Of a stretch of DNA of 64,000 nt, positions 1-11,231 are shown piece by piece. The stretch is from Phoronis australis (lineage: Eukaryota > Animalia > Phoronida). The stretch is taken from the NCBI GenBank assembly GCA_002633005.1, contig NMRA01000225.1:303297-367296 (forward strand), written 5' to 3'. A program made the position numbers and the translations under genes. How positions within the stretch are numbered: position 1 is the first letter of the stretch; the number at the start of each line of letters is the position of its first letter. A model generated the notes under the pieces. The model had not been told where the DNA came from. It did not search any database and saw only the letters and a list, made by a program, of their open reading frames with translations.

Positions 1-823
1 TTGACCCGCACCTCCTGTCTGAAAGCCCATTCTTTCCATAAGATCCGCCCAACCCATTGGAACGTCAGCCGACCTTTCCACTCGTGGTTTCGTTCTCTCA
101 TCGGATGATCCGTCTTTCATCCGACTATTCGTCCTTCCCATCAGAAGGTCTCAGTTCTTGTCATCGAAGATCTATCTTTCTGGCACTCACATCATGTGAC
201 GCGAGATAATGCGACGTCATTGTTGCTATACGCGTATAACTTTTATGCAACTGGGCTTCCAATTGAAGTCCAATGTGCAAGTTATGAACACATCTGTTTG
301 AAAACACTATTACTGTGTCCTACCTGAAAGTATTTTACAAGTTTTTAAACAAACAACTACCTCATTATTCTCCAAAGAATTTTACTTGCTATCAAAACCA
401 AAACAACAGACCAATTAGCAATTATCGTTCGCCACGACAAGTACAGTCCTACACTCAAACCTCCCTTGTTAAAAATCAATCACGGAATTCATTGCTTACG
501 TTTACGCGTTTCAAGAATTAGCAATGAAAATAAAATACCCTTTCCAATTCCTAGATAGGATAAACACCACTCACTTACTGGACTTTCAAAATATTACCGG
601 AACAAAATTTCATGTACTTACTTATTGTGCAATGACTCAAGCTGCTCTCCCTGCAACTATGTATACTGTGAATAACCATAAACCAATTGCACTATTACAC
701 ACAAACACTACTATTTTTTCACACCTAGACGTACGCACACGCGCACAATTGTAGTTAAATATAGTTACTACTTTCGCAAATCCATTTATTTATCATGTTT
801 ATTGCAATACATATACCATTGAC

Positions 824-945
824 TCCCCCCTCTCCCTACCTCCACCTCTCTTTCTCCCTCCTCCTCTCTCCCTCCCTCCACTCTCTTCCTCCTTCCCCCT
901 CTCCTCCCACCGCTACCCCCCCCCTTCCTTCTCCTCCACTCTCTC
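824..945. repeat. CT-rich low-complexity polypyrimidine tract
   Basis: Near-pure C/T run (ctccccc/ctct) in the intron upstream of exon 1001. Confidence 0.8.
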
Positions 946-1000
946 GCAGATCACAGTATAATTTTGAAAACACTTGTATCAAAATGTACGCGTTTTTCAG

Positions 1001-4000
1001 ATTCATGGTCCACGAGATTCATGACAGGAGCAGTACAAAAATCAAGTCGATGAAGTACTATAGCCCCCACAGTGCGCCTTTTAACTTTGATTTTGTTAGC
1101 CTCAACACCGGAAACTTAACCGGAGGGTATATACATGGCATTGTCAGTCAATGGATGGACAACTTATCAAAAAAGGGATGGCCGACGTGGGTGGTGAGTT
1201 CCATGCTTTTTGGAATTATCTTCAGTGACTTCGAAATTTGTGTTGTTCTCCTTGTGAAGGAGGGGGATGTTTCAGTGCCNCCCCCCCCCCCCCCAACCTG
1301 TTGCATTGGCCCTCATGGGCTCAGCCTCAAGTAGCCAAAACCTACCATTTTGTGCTCTTTCAAATTGTCGCCTGTGTGTTACAAGTGATTCAAACCTCGA
1401 AGGCAATTTTTCAATCACTAGAGGAAATTTATTTTTGGACATCTCGAGGGCAATTTCGCGTGGTGTTCCAATATTTTTCAAAGAGTATTAAGGTCAATAT
1501 TCGGCCCTAAAATCGAGGATTGAGAGCGCTGTACATGTATGTCCCGGGGATAAACAAGAAAGAACACACCAGTTGCGCGTTTAGCTCATATCGTGTTTTC
1601 GTTTTGACTTGAGCATAACTTTCCAGGATACAGAATTTTCACGAGCTTTTTCTACAAAAATTGCGCTACAGTATTTTTGCCGCCATTTCCTTCAATTACG
1701 TCCGTTCGGCGTCCGATGCTCATCTCCACTGAAACCTCTTTATGAATGCACATGAAAATGTACAGACACATTGTTATCACGGACGGGAACGGCACACGCG
1801 AATTTTTGGCCGTATTCAACTACCGCTGTGCCCTCTAATGACAATTATGGTTTTTGACCTGCACTTCGGAGCATGCTCTTTTAGTGACCGTGCTATCTCG
1901 ATTATTTTCGCACGCACAATCAAAATGCAAACAAGGCGCTTTTTTGTTTACAGAAATATAAGTACGTGACTTTCGTGAACAAGCCAGCAAAATATTAATG
2001 AGATTTAGGCTGCGTGAGAGCGTTGCCGTCGAACAGCACACATCCGCTAAACGCTGGAAGATATGGCCGATTTGTTCCCAGAATAAAAATCAGTCAAGAA
2101 CAGTATTTAAACGAAAAAAAAAAAAACTAACCGCAATTACCACTTTCATATATTACGTTTATCGTACAAGAAGTAATCATATCATTGCATTGAAACCACA
2201 ATTCACAAAGCGTCTGGCCTTGGGCGCTTTCTTTTATGGTGGATTATGTCTAATTTTCAGATTTCTTACTCATGAGCATCAGTGATGATATGATAACCAC
2301 GTATACTAAAGTTTGGGGAACTCTGTTTGCAAGGGTACACATGTCCCGCCACATTGCTATACACGAAACAGTGTGTTGATTGTCATCTCTTGAATCAGAC
2401 ACAACTAGACAACCGAATGCATTCGTCAATCAATGTGAAGAGTTTTATCGAACAATTATTTGAACAATTTTCCTCTGGGGTAAAAGAATAAACATGTTCG
2501 TAAATAAAACAAAAATAAAAAAAATTAGACAAGGGTCCAGTTGATTGGACGAACGTCTTAACTTGAGACTCGGGCGTTTTCCTCGAGTGCCCAATGATGG
2601 CTCATTTCCTGCAGGTATTCCTTTATTTCGTACCCTACAGACTGTAGATAGCTCTACCCTACAGTTGACCGTATTCTCTTCGGGGACAACAGACTTTTTC
2701 ACGCCCCTCGTATTCCTTGAATCACGTATCCCACCTTGGGACAGTGTAACCAAGGAGTGTAGTAGTATAGGAGAGTTCACTTGTGAGTTCGCTGTTACCG
2801 CTACTACTAGCGCCGCCAAGTGATGAACAAGCAACAGTCAACCAGGAAGCGCCAAAACAATGTGGAAGGACGCGTTATGCAGTGCGATAAATTGCACTAA
2901 TTCATCCACGACTACCCCAGACGTGTCGTTTTTTAGGTTTTCTAAGGATCCGGAAAGGTAAGTATTATATGTTATTCAATAATATAATACATTGTCTTTC
3001 ATTTTGTGTGTTCTGTTCACAGTTGTTAGACAAGTCGATCGCACCATAGACTATTATCTATGATCGCACGTCCCGGTGCCACTGTCTGTTGTTTGCAGTG
3101 TAGGCTAGGCCTACTGGTCAGCCGGCGGAAGGACTACTGATTAACGTGCGATGTGATCGCGGCTTTTTGGATACTTGCAGTCCATGTATTCCAAATCAAA
3201 ATGTCACTCTAACTATCGCAGGGATAATTTTAGGAAAACATAGCCATGGCCATGGGTGAATATGAATCATCGTGGTGACACGGCCATGGCACAATCACAG
3301 CCACAGGGACTCAAGTTTTCATTAGTCAAGTTAGAGACATAACGTAGAATTGTCGTGAGGACTTGACAGGTCGCCTCATGGGTCTCACGCTCCACTGATT
3401 TATATACACTAGCTTGAAAAGGCTTTGCCCAGTTACACATTTTGTGTCATAAAACTGNNNNNNNNNNNNNNNNNNNNNNNNNNNNNNNNNNNNNNNNNNN
3501 NNNNNNNNNNNNNNNNNNNNNNNNNNNNNNNNNNNNNNNNNNNNNNNNNNNNNNNNNNNNNNNNNNNNNNNNNNNNNNNNNNNNNNNNNNNNNNNNNNNN
3601 NNNNNNNNNNNNNNNNNNNNNNNNNNNNNNNNNNNNNNNNNNNNNNNNNNNNNNNNNNNNNNNNNNNNNNNNNNNNNNNNNNNNNNNNNNNNNNNNNNNN
3701 NNNNNNNNNNNNNNNNNNNNNNNNNNNNNNNNNNNNNNNNNNNNNNNNNNNNNNNNNNNNNNNNNNNNNNNNNNNNNNNNNNNNNNNNNNNNNNNNNNNN
3801 NNNNNNNNNNNNNNNNNNNNNNNNNNNNNNNNNNNNNNNNAAGAAATAATGGGATGTTCTAAAATTATATTACGATTTTGTGGTAGTGATGAATTGCTTT
3901 TTTCTTCTTACATGTGTAACACCCACTACACCAAACAATTATTCGCATTGTTAGTATCATGGTGCATTGAATAAGGAACACATGCGAAATTGGGTGGAGG

Positions 4001-6907
4001 TGAAACCAGCAGTGAGCTGGGAGCAACATGTTTGTCAATGGTCAGGGGAGCAACCAAAATTTATGACTATGGGAATGGCTCAACAGTCATGTGGCATACC
4101 CCATTGGTGTTTACCTGTTTGGCACTCCTCCCATGTAACCCCCCTGGGAGATGGTCAACACCCATTTGGCGCCCACATGGTTTTTGCCTTGTACCCCCTT
4201 AGCTGTCACCTGTGGGGAATTACCCTCTGAACCCCCAGGAGCAATCATTCAAATTTTATTGTCCATGGAGGTATGAACTGTTATAAGGAAAGATAATTTG
4301 CCTTGTTAAGAACTCAAACACGAAACAAAACCGTGATAGATTTTGAAGGGAGCTTCAAAAGAATAAAAACAAATACACTTTAATATTGATTAAAATACAC
4401 ATTTTCATTCTCATTCGATTATAAGTGGATGTTAGTTTACGTATTCTAACCATTTTCAATCACACAGTAATTTTATCGCACGTTGAACGTCATTAAAGTA
4501 TGAATTCATCAGTGTTCACATTGTTCGGACTGCGCTCCTAAGTAAGTATTGATTATTCACCGCTTGGAGCGCTAGTGTTTCGACCGGTAACCATTGCGGC
4601 GAATGGTAAAATGGCGGAGTGAACTCTCCTATACTCGTACACTCCTTGGTGTAACTTAGTACTTGCTTAATAACAAGTGCGTTATCGTTGTAGAAGTATG
4701 CAAATGAATTTAATGATTATAAAAATGAACACACGTCTTCATAAATATCATAATTTTGTTCGACCTTGTACTGGGGATGGGATAGCCACATCCGTAACGT
4801 GCTACGTCTTCAAGTGGCAAATTTTATTTTTAGTATCCATCTCTGTGCTAAACCACTGACTTGAGCGATCTTAGGTTTTGAGACAATTAAATGTCACCAG
4901 TTGGATGACAATTTTTGTCACCCAACTTTGTATCTTCCAAACGGCTTCATCGAAGTCCGTGGAATACAGTAAACGTGCGAATTCCTCCGCGAATGTGCTT
5001 TGCGCCCCCCATTTCCAGTTCACTCTAGTAGTGGGGATGTTTTCAAACAAATATTAACGATCACCACATATGTATGTATGTATGCATGTATGTATTTATG
5101 TATGTATGCGCTAAATTCAAAATTTGACTGTACATTGATAAAATTGTGACATTTAATTTTAATTTAGCTCGGTAACCACGACAACAGTCGCGTGGCGTCT
5201 CGTGTCGGTTTAAGATATGCTTCAGCTTTAAATGTGGCGCTGTTGCTACTTCCGGGAAGTCTCACCACATATTATGGAGAGGAACTTGGAATGACTGACA
5301 TACAAGTGACTTTTAAGGACACTCAAGATCCTTTTGGAAAACGATTTGGCAAGGTATGTGTAGTGGGACTTACCCGTACAGACTAGCAACAGTAAAGCGT
5401 AATGGATATCTCGATGAACTTGGTATCACACAATGAAGTAAGCGGAATAGTCACCGTATGGCACTCACTAATAGTGGTAAAAGGTCTGCGACACGTAAAA
5501 AGCGTGAAAATGAACTTTCATTAAATCTACGGCCGCCATTAGCCGTTGGTTTTCACATGCTTGGCCATCTTGTCAATGACAAAAGTCGACGCTTCGGCTA
5601 AAGTTTCTCTTTGCTGTACAACTTTCAAGGTTTCTTATTGGTAGTCACCGTGTGACAGTGAACCGTGACGTGTACAACCACAATTTACTGACGACAAATG
5701 CTTTCGGTCGTCCTAAAATTATTAGTGGCTGTATGACTGTCTTCTTGTGGGGGTAATGGTCGGCACCACATAAATGCGCCCGTGAGTATTTGACGTCTTT
5801 TGAACGGAGGTGTACAGGCGACTGCTTGGGAAATCCATTATCTCTGTACAAAGTTACCCTTTCAGAAAGTGAGTGCAGAAAGTCTATCTTAGTTACTGAG
5901 TGTTGCGACTTAACTCATTGTCAACTCGGGGATGCATAGACGTGTAATTCAGTGTACTATGCTCCTTCAGTGTCCCTGCCCGGATCTTTAGGTGACACAC
6001 AGTGACTATAGCTCGCGACACCACGGTCAGTGAGGAATGAGTTAGTAGATGGTTTCCTCCAAGTATTTCTATTCTTCTCCCCGCGACTGCGGGTCCGCCT
6101 CGTTCCATCATGTTATCTGTAACGCGTGTTTTGGATTTCAGACACTATACCATAATTTTTCAAGAGACCCTGAGAGATCGCCGATGCAGTGGACCAGTGA
6201 TAGATACTGTGGATTCAGTACCCGGAAGCCATGGTTACCATTTGGCAAAAACGTCGCTCATTGCAACGTAGAGGTAAACTTTTCTGTGATCAGTGCAATG
6301 AGTTCTTATGCGCGGGCTGCGCACGTCTGGTACAACGTGTATCAGACCGCCTGCTATTTTTTTAAATCTTTTCTGAAGGTTGAACATTTCTATTTACTCG
6401 GGGACAAACAACTTCGAAAGATACGCAAGCCAATCAGTCTCTGTATTTCGCTTTTTATTGGCATGTGTACCATAACGAACATTCCACTCAGAGGCATATA
6501 AATTGAATGTTGAATACCAGTGTTACTGTACTAAACGGAGTGTATATATTTTCTTTTCAATGCAGGTCGAAAAGGCCCAAGAGTTTTCCCCACTCAATAC
6601 TTATCGCTACGCCGCAAAACTGCGTATGGACGAACCCTTCAAAACAGGCGACACGGTTTTGGGAAAAAGCGACAGAAGCGTGTTTTGCTTCATTCGAAAA
6701 CTGGCTGATACAACTACGCATCTCGTCGCTATCAACGTAGGAGACGGAGCTCTTAAAAAAGATTTCGTGGCGGATTTTTGTACGCATATTTCAAAAAGCG
6801 GGAAAGTGGTCCTATCAACGCGTTCACGACCTTACGGTTCAGTCGACTTGACTGGCATAATACTGGAGGCTGGAGAGGGAATTGTTGTAGAAGTTGATGA
6901 CAATTGA
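1001..6907 (+). CDS. GH13 alpha-glucosidase/maltase-like (SLC3A1/rBAT-family) gene, 3' portion (4 exons; 5' exons lie upstream of the window)
   Basis: Exons 1001-1193, 5168-5353, 6142-6273 and 6566-6907, all with AG/GT boundaries and consistent phases (2,0,0,0). Translation: RFMVHEIH...PFNF...WPTWV|[12 protein letters not shown]...[18 protein letters not shown]...DP|...[11 protein letters not shown]...GFS..KPWLP|VEK...SPLNTYR...[14 protein letters not shown]. These are classic GH13 maltase/rBAT motifs. AATAAA at 6948-6953. Confidence 0.9.
2860..2957 (+). pseudogene. THAP zinc-finger first exon of the transposase (remnant)
   Basis: aaaacaATG...[32 protein letters not shown](R)|gtaagt. CxxxxC plus a FRFP-like THAP motif (P->S) and a strong donor. 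No downstream transposase exons are visible. Confidence 0.8.
3038..3069. mobile_element. 18-bp CATAGA...TCTATG micro-element / P-like excision footprint with 7-bp TSD
   Basis: ATCGCAC-CATAGACTATTATCTATG-ATCGCAC: 6-bp inverted ends with CA...TG termini and a perfect 7-bp direct repeat. Confidence 0.6.
3458..3840. other. assembly gap (383 N)
   Basis: Run of N. Confidence 1.
5069..5108. repeat. (TATG)n microsatellite
   Basis: Imperfect tatg repeats. Confidence 0.8.
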
Positions 6908-7546
6908 TAACACATTGTTTCTATATACCTAGTAATCGATCTAACAGAATAAACAAGACACGAAAAAAAAAACAATATTCACAGAAAACTTAAAAGTACA
7001 CTTCAAGGCTTGTGGACCAAACCCCATTTAAAGCTGCATGTATCTGGACACAGATACATACTCCGCACCATGTTCGCCTATGCATGTGTTGAGGTTCATC
7101 AGTCCACCCGCTTTTCTTAAAGTGGAACCTGCACGCTGATTCCTCATCTCTCGGATTGCTTGGTCAAATTAAAAACACAACATATAGCGATGATGTGAAT
7201 ATGAAGTAGGTTGAAAATCATTGCCAAATGTTTTAAGAACGAGTTTTGTGTCAAATATGATCCGCTGAAAATCACTCATCCTGTCAAATAATTAAATCAG
7301 TTTTTGGCCACAATAAGATCAAAAACCTGACGATCGCCGCACAAATAAAAAGTTCATGTTCAATTCAACGTTTCGTCTTTTCATTAGTCATCATCAGGAT
7401 CATATTTACAACAATTTAGGACAACAAGTGCCAACATACAGCTCAGGTAACATCCATAGTGAAGTGAGAGATACATAGAATATGGTCAGTAGCTGGTCAT
7501 CACCATAGCTGCAGGGTCACAGAGCTCTGCATGTTATTCAGAGAAT

Positions 7547-7656
7547 CAGTGGCATGCTGGTTCTGAATGGCCAATGACTCTTTAATGTACTTTAATGTAA
7601 TAAGGAGTTACTGTACATTAACGAGTCATTGGCCATTCGAAACCAGCATGCCACTG
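7547..7656. repeat. 110-bp foldback/inverted repeat (MITE-like)
   Basis: Arms 7547-7590 and 7613-7656, 41/44 complementary, 22-nt loop, CAGTG...CACTG ends. No clear TSD. Confidence 0.8.
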
Positions 7657-7955
7657 GTCATGAAGTCTCCACTGGACTGGAAAATGGACAGGCCTTGACG
7701 ACTCGATCACTGAAGAAAAGTGGCTCAGTTTGAAGAGCTATAAAAATGCACGTGCGTTAGCGACTTTGAAATCCTCTAAGACCGTACTTCGGTCATCGTA
7801 CTGGAAAAGCATAATTTTTGCACTTGATGGAAAAATTGGCTCAGAATGCTGCTGGCCATCCTTGGGTGGATGACCTAGTCAAAAATGAGGGCAACTGGAT
7901 ATACTCCAACAGTCATTATAGTCACGTAAGTTTGTGATTTACTCGTATCCAATAA

Positions 7956-10779
7956 TTGTTTAATCTGTGCCCAAATGCTTAAAGAGGCATGGAACGCGAA
8001 AGCTCGCCAAAATGACTTTTAAGCAATTCCTTGCGAAAATATAATCTCGCAACAACAGAACTGTTCACTTTCCACTGTAAGGGAATTTACAGAAAAATCA
8101 CAAAATTCATGATTTAGTTTTGAAATAAGCGCGAAGGAAAAACTATAATCGCCACAGAGTTTCTAATCTCCCTCGCACTTATGATAAATGTGCGCATGCG
8201 CTCACTGACATTCGACAAACGGCTGACTGACAAGATGGATATTAACGGGAGATAATCGTGTGTGATCGCACCCGAAGTGGACAGGGCAGTACGAGGCATG
8301 CCAGTGAAGCAATTTTACAAAAACAACTCCAAGTGCATTTCAGAATATCTTTGAATACCATGATACATTCACAGCGCTTTAACTGAATGAATGATGATCG
8401 CAGATATCAACAGCTGGAAGGGAAACGGCTGATCGTTTCTCCGAGTTCCTATTCAAAGGGTGTAAAATTTGATTATACAGCGTCATCTGCATGCAAAGCA
8501 CAGAAAAAAGTTTTAGAGTCCTTCATGTTTTATTAAAACATCTTTGATGACCATCTTTTCTTGGTGCTTTTGGCAAAAACTATTAACACTTTTCAAATCT
8601 TTCTATGGCCTTCAATAAACAACACATTAACCATAACAGCGTTCTGTAATACCTTTTTGAAATTTGGTAAAATACAATAGTTATTAATAGTAACTTCCCT
8701 TTCACGAATATAAATTATAGGCCTACCAAATTCCAAACTTCATAAAAACAGATTTCAAATTCACATCTAATTTATGATTTCTTAAAATTGATCAACGCAT
8801 GGCTATTAGGAATAAACTCGAGTGTATAACCACCGCCGTAAAATTGGGCTTGGACAAATACGTTTGAAGTTATGCAGTCATGTGCACCTTTTGGTCAGCT
8901 TTCACTTAAATCTATGCATGTAATGGTCCAATCAGATATTTTCCCGTTGACCCAGCGGAACATCAATAAAATGCAGCCAGCGTAAAAAAGCTAACAAAAA
9001 GGCATGATGAGTTCTATGCAAAAATAACTTTTTTATATATTTAGCAACATTTCGAGGTTTGTCTTAAATTTTCAGAGCCAATACGGCTATACCGTCTATT
9101 ATTCGCTCTGACCAAAGGTGCTTCGCACAAAGGTGGTATAAGTAGCCAATTTGTGGTTCACGATTTCTTGCGTTCTTAAGACTCAGCTACCATTTAGTGT
9201 GCGATAAAATTTTCAGAAATGGGATCGTTATGACAATTTTGCAAATTTCGAGTCGTTTATTTTTTCACAAAAAATGTAGATGAAGAATAAAAGGCTAATT
9301 GACATACAAAAAATAATAAGAGTATGGAAATTTAGGATTCTGTTTTAATAGCTCTTAGATTGTGCCTTTAAGTATGGCAAACGCGTAAAACTTTAACTCA
9401 GAGGATTGATTTACGAATTTGAAACGATGTGGATTTTTGATGACCGCGGTTGCACTCCGATTCAGTCTCCCAGTCAATCATGGAGATTGATAGGTTCCTG
9501 AACACAGGTTTACAAACCGCTTCTGTGTCTTTCTGTGACGCTGCCACCAACACCACCTAATGCGGATCAACGAGTTTACTTTATTTCTGTCAGCCCCTGC
9601 TCTCAATGACAAAATAACCGTATTATGCACGCGGGACGTTGACGTTTCGTGAGATATCAATTTCATGTGTTTCTGGTAAAGACAATCAATTAAAGCAAAA
9701 CCATAGTTAAAAAAAAAANTTGTTTAATCTGTGCCCAAATGCTTAAAGAGGCATGGAACGTGAAAGCTCGTCAAAATGACTTTTAAACAATTCCTTGCGA
9801 AAATATAATCTCGCAACAACAGAACTCTTCACTTTCCACTGTAAGGGAATTTCCAGAAAAATCACAAAATTCATGATTTTTGAAATAAGCTCGAAGGAAA
9901 ACTATAATCACCACAGAGTTTCTAATCTCCCTCGCACTTATGACAAATGTGCCATGCGCTCACTGACATTCGACAAACGGCTGACTGACAAGATGGATAT
10001 TAACGGGAGATAACCAGGTGTGATCGCACCCAAAGTCGACAGCGCAGCAAGAGGCATGCCAGTGAAGCAATTTTACAAAAACAACTCCAAGTGCATTTCA
10101 GAATATCTTTGAATACCATGATACCTTCACAGCGCTTTAACTGAATGAATGATGATCGCAGATATCAACAGCTGGAAGGGAAACGGCTGGTCGTTTCTCC
10201 GAGTTCCTATTCAAAGGGTGTAAAATTTGATTATACAGCGTCATCTGCATGCAAAGCACAGAAAAAAGTTTTAGAGTCTTTCATGTTTTATTAAAACATC
10301 TTTGATGACCATCTTTTCTTGGTGCTTTTGGCAAAAACTATTACCACTTTTCAAATCTTTCTATGGCCTTCAATAAACAACACAATGGAAATTTAGGATT
10401 CTGTTTTAATAGCTCTTAGATTGTGCCTTTAAGTATGGCAAACGCGTGCAACTTTAACTCAGAGGATTGATTTACGAATTTGAAACGATGTGGATTTTTG
10501 ATGACCGCGGTTGCACCCCGATTCAGTCTCCCAGTCAATCATGGAGATTGATAGGTTCCTGAACACAGGTTTACAAACCGCTTCTGTGTCTTTCTGTGAC
10601 GCTGCCACCAACACCACCTAATGCGGATCAACGAGTTTACTTTATTTCTGTCAGCCCCTGCTCTCAATGACAAAATAACCGTATTATGCACGCGGGACGT
10701 TGACGTTTCGTGAGATATCAATTTCATGTGTTTCTTGTAAAGACAATCAATTAAAGCAAAACCATAGTTAAAAAAAAAA
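7956..10779. repeat. near-identical tandem duplication joined at an N (9719)
   Basis: 7956-9718 is repeated at 9720-10779 with scattered SNPs; copy 2 lacks 8627-9323. Both copies end in a poly-A run. Confidence 0.9.
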
Positions 10780-11231
10780 CAGAAAGGCTTGTTTGCTAGC
10801 CAGTTCTTCAACCGTAAGCTGGTGAAAATTTATTGTCTCAGACTCGTTGTTGTACGTTTTTGGGTGCAACAATTTGGAAACATCTTGCAATCGTTTCTGA
10901 ATTTCCCACTTAACTCTAGTCACCGGATAACGGATTATGACGGTAATTTCGCATTACATAAAGCAATAATTATGGTAATGTCGACGGTAAAAGTTATCTA
11001 TCGGAAACTCTTCTAATCAAGAAACGGATGGTATTCATAATCAGTGAGCCTTGTTTAACTGAAAGATGACCACTTATTAGAGAGTAAAGACCCGGAATGA
11101 TATATTGAACATGAAAGTTCTTCCACTCGTTAGGTTAATAAACTCAATCGAAATCATAAAAATTTTCATCCACATCAAATGTATCGTTAGTCGACATAAG
11201 TCATCCAAGGAAGGTTGCTATAATACGAGCG

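Larger units (their letters stand above)
2751..4648 (+). mobile_element. P-superfamily DNA transposon (non-autonomous/internally deleted) in the glucosidase intron
   Basis: 31-bp TIRs: CAAGGAGTGTAGTAGTATAGGAGAGTTCACT (2751-2781) and its reverse complement at 4618-4648 (29/31 match). Perfect 7-bp TSD GTGTAAC at 2744-2750 and 4649-4655. THAP-domain exon near the 5' end. Confidence 0.88.

Noticed and set aside
2445-2834. Overlapping ORFs of 129 aa (-) and 92 aa (+)
   Set aside because: They cross the transposon TIR/TSD boundary and have no recognisable motifs; chance ORFs.
3425-3862. ORFs of 135-145 aa
   Set aside because: Artefacts of the N gap.
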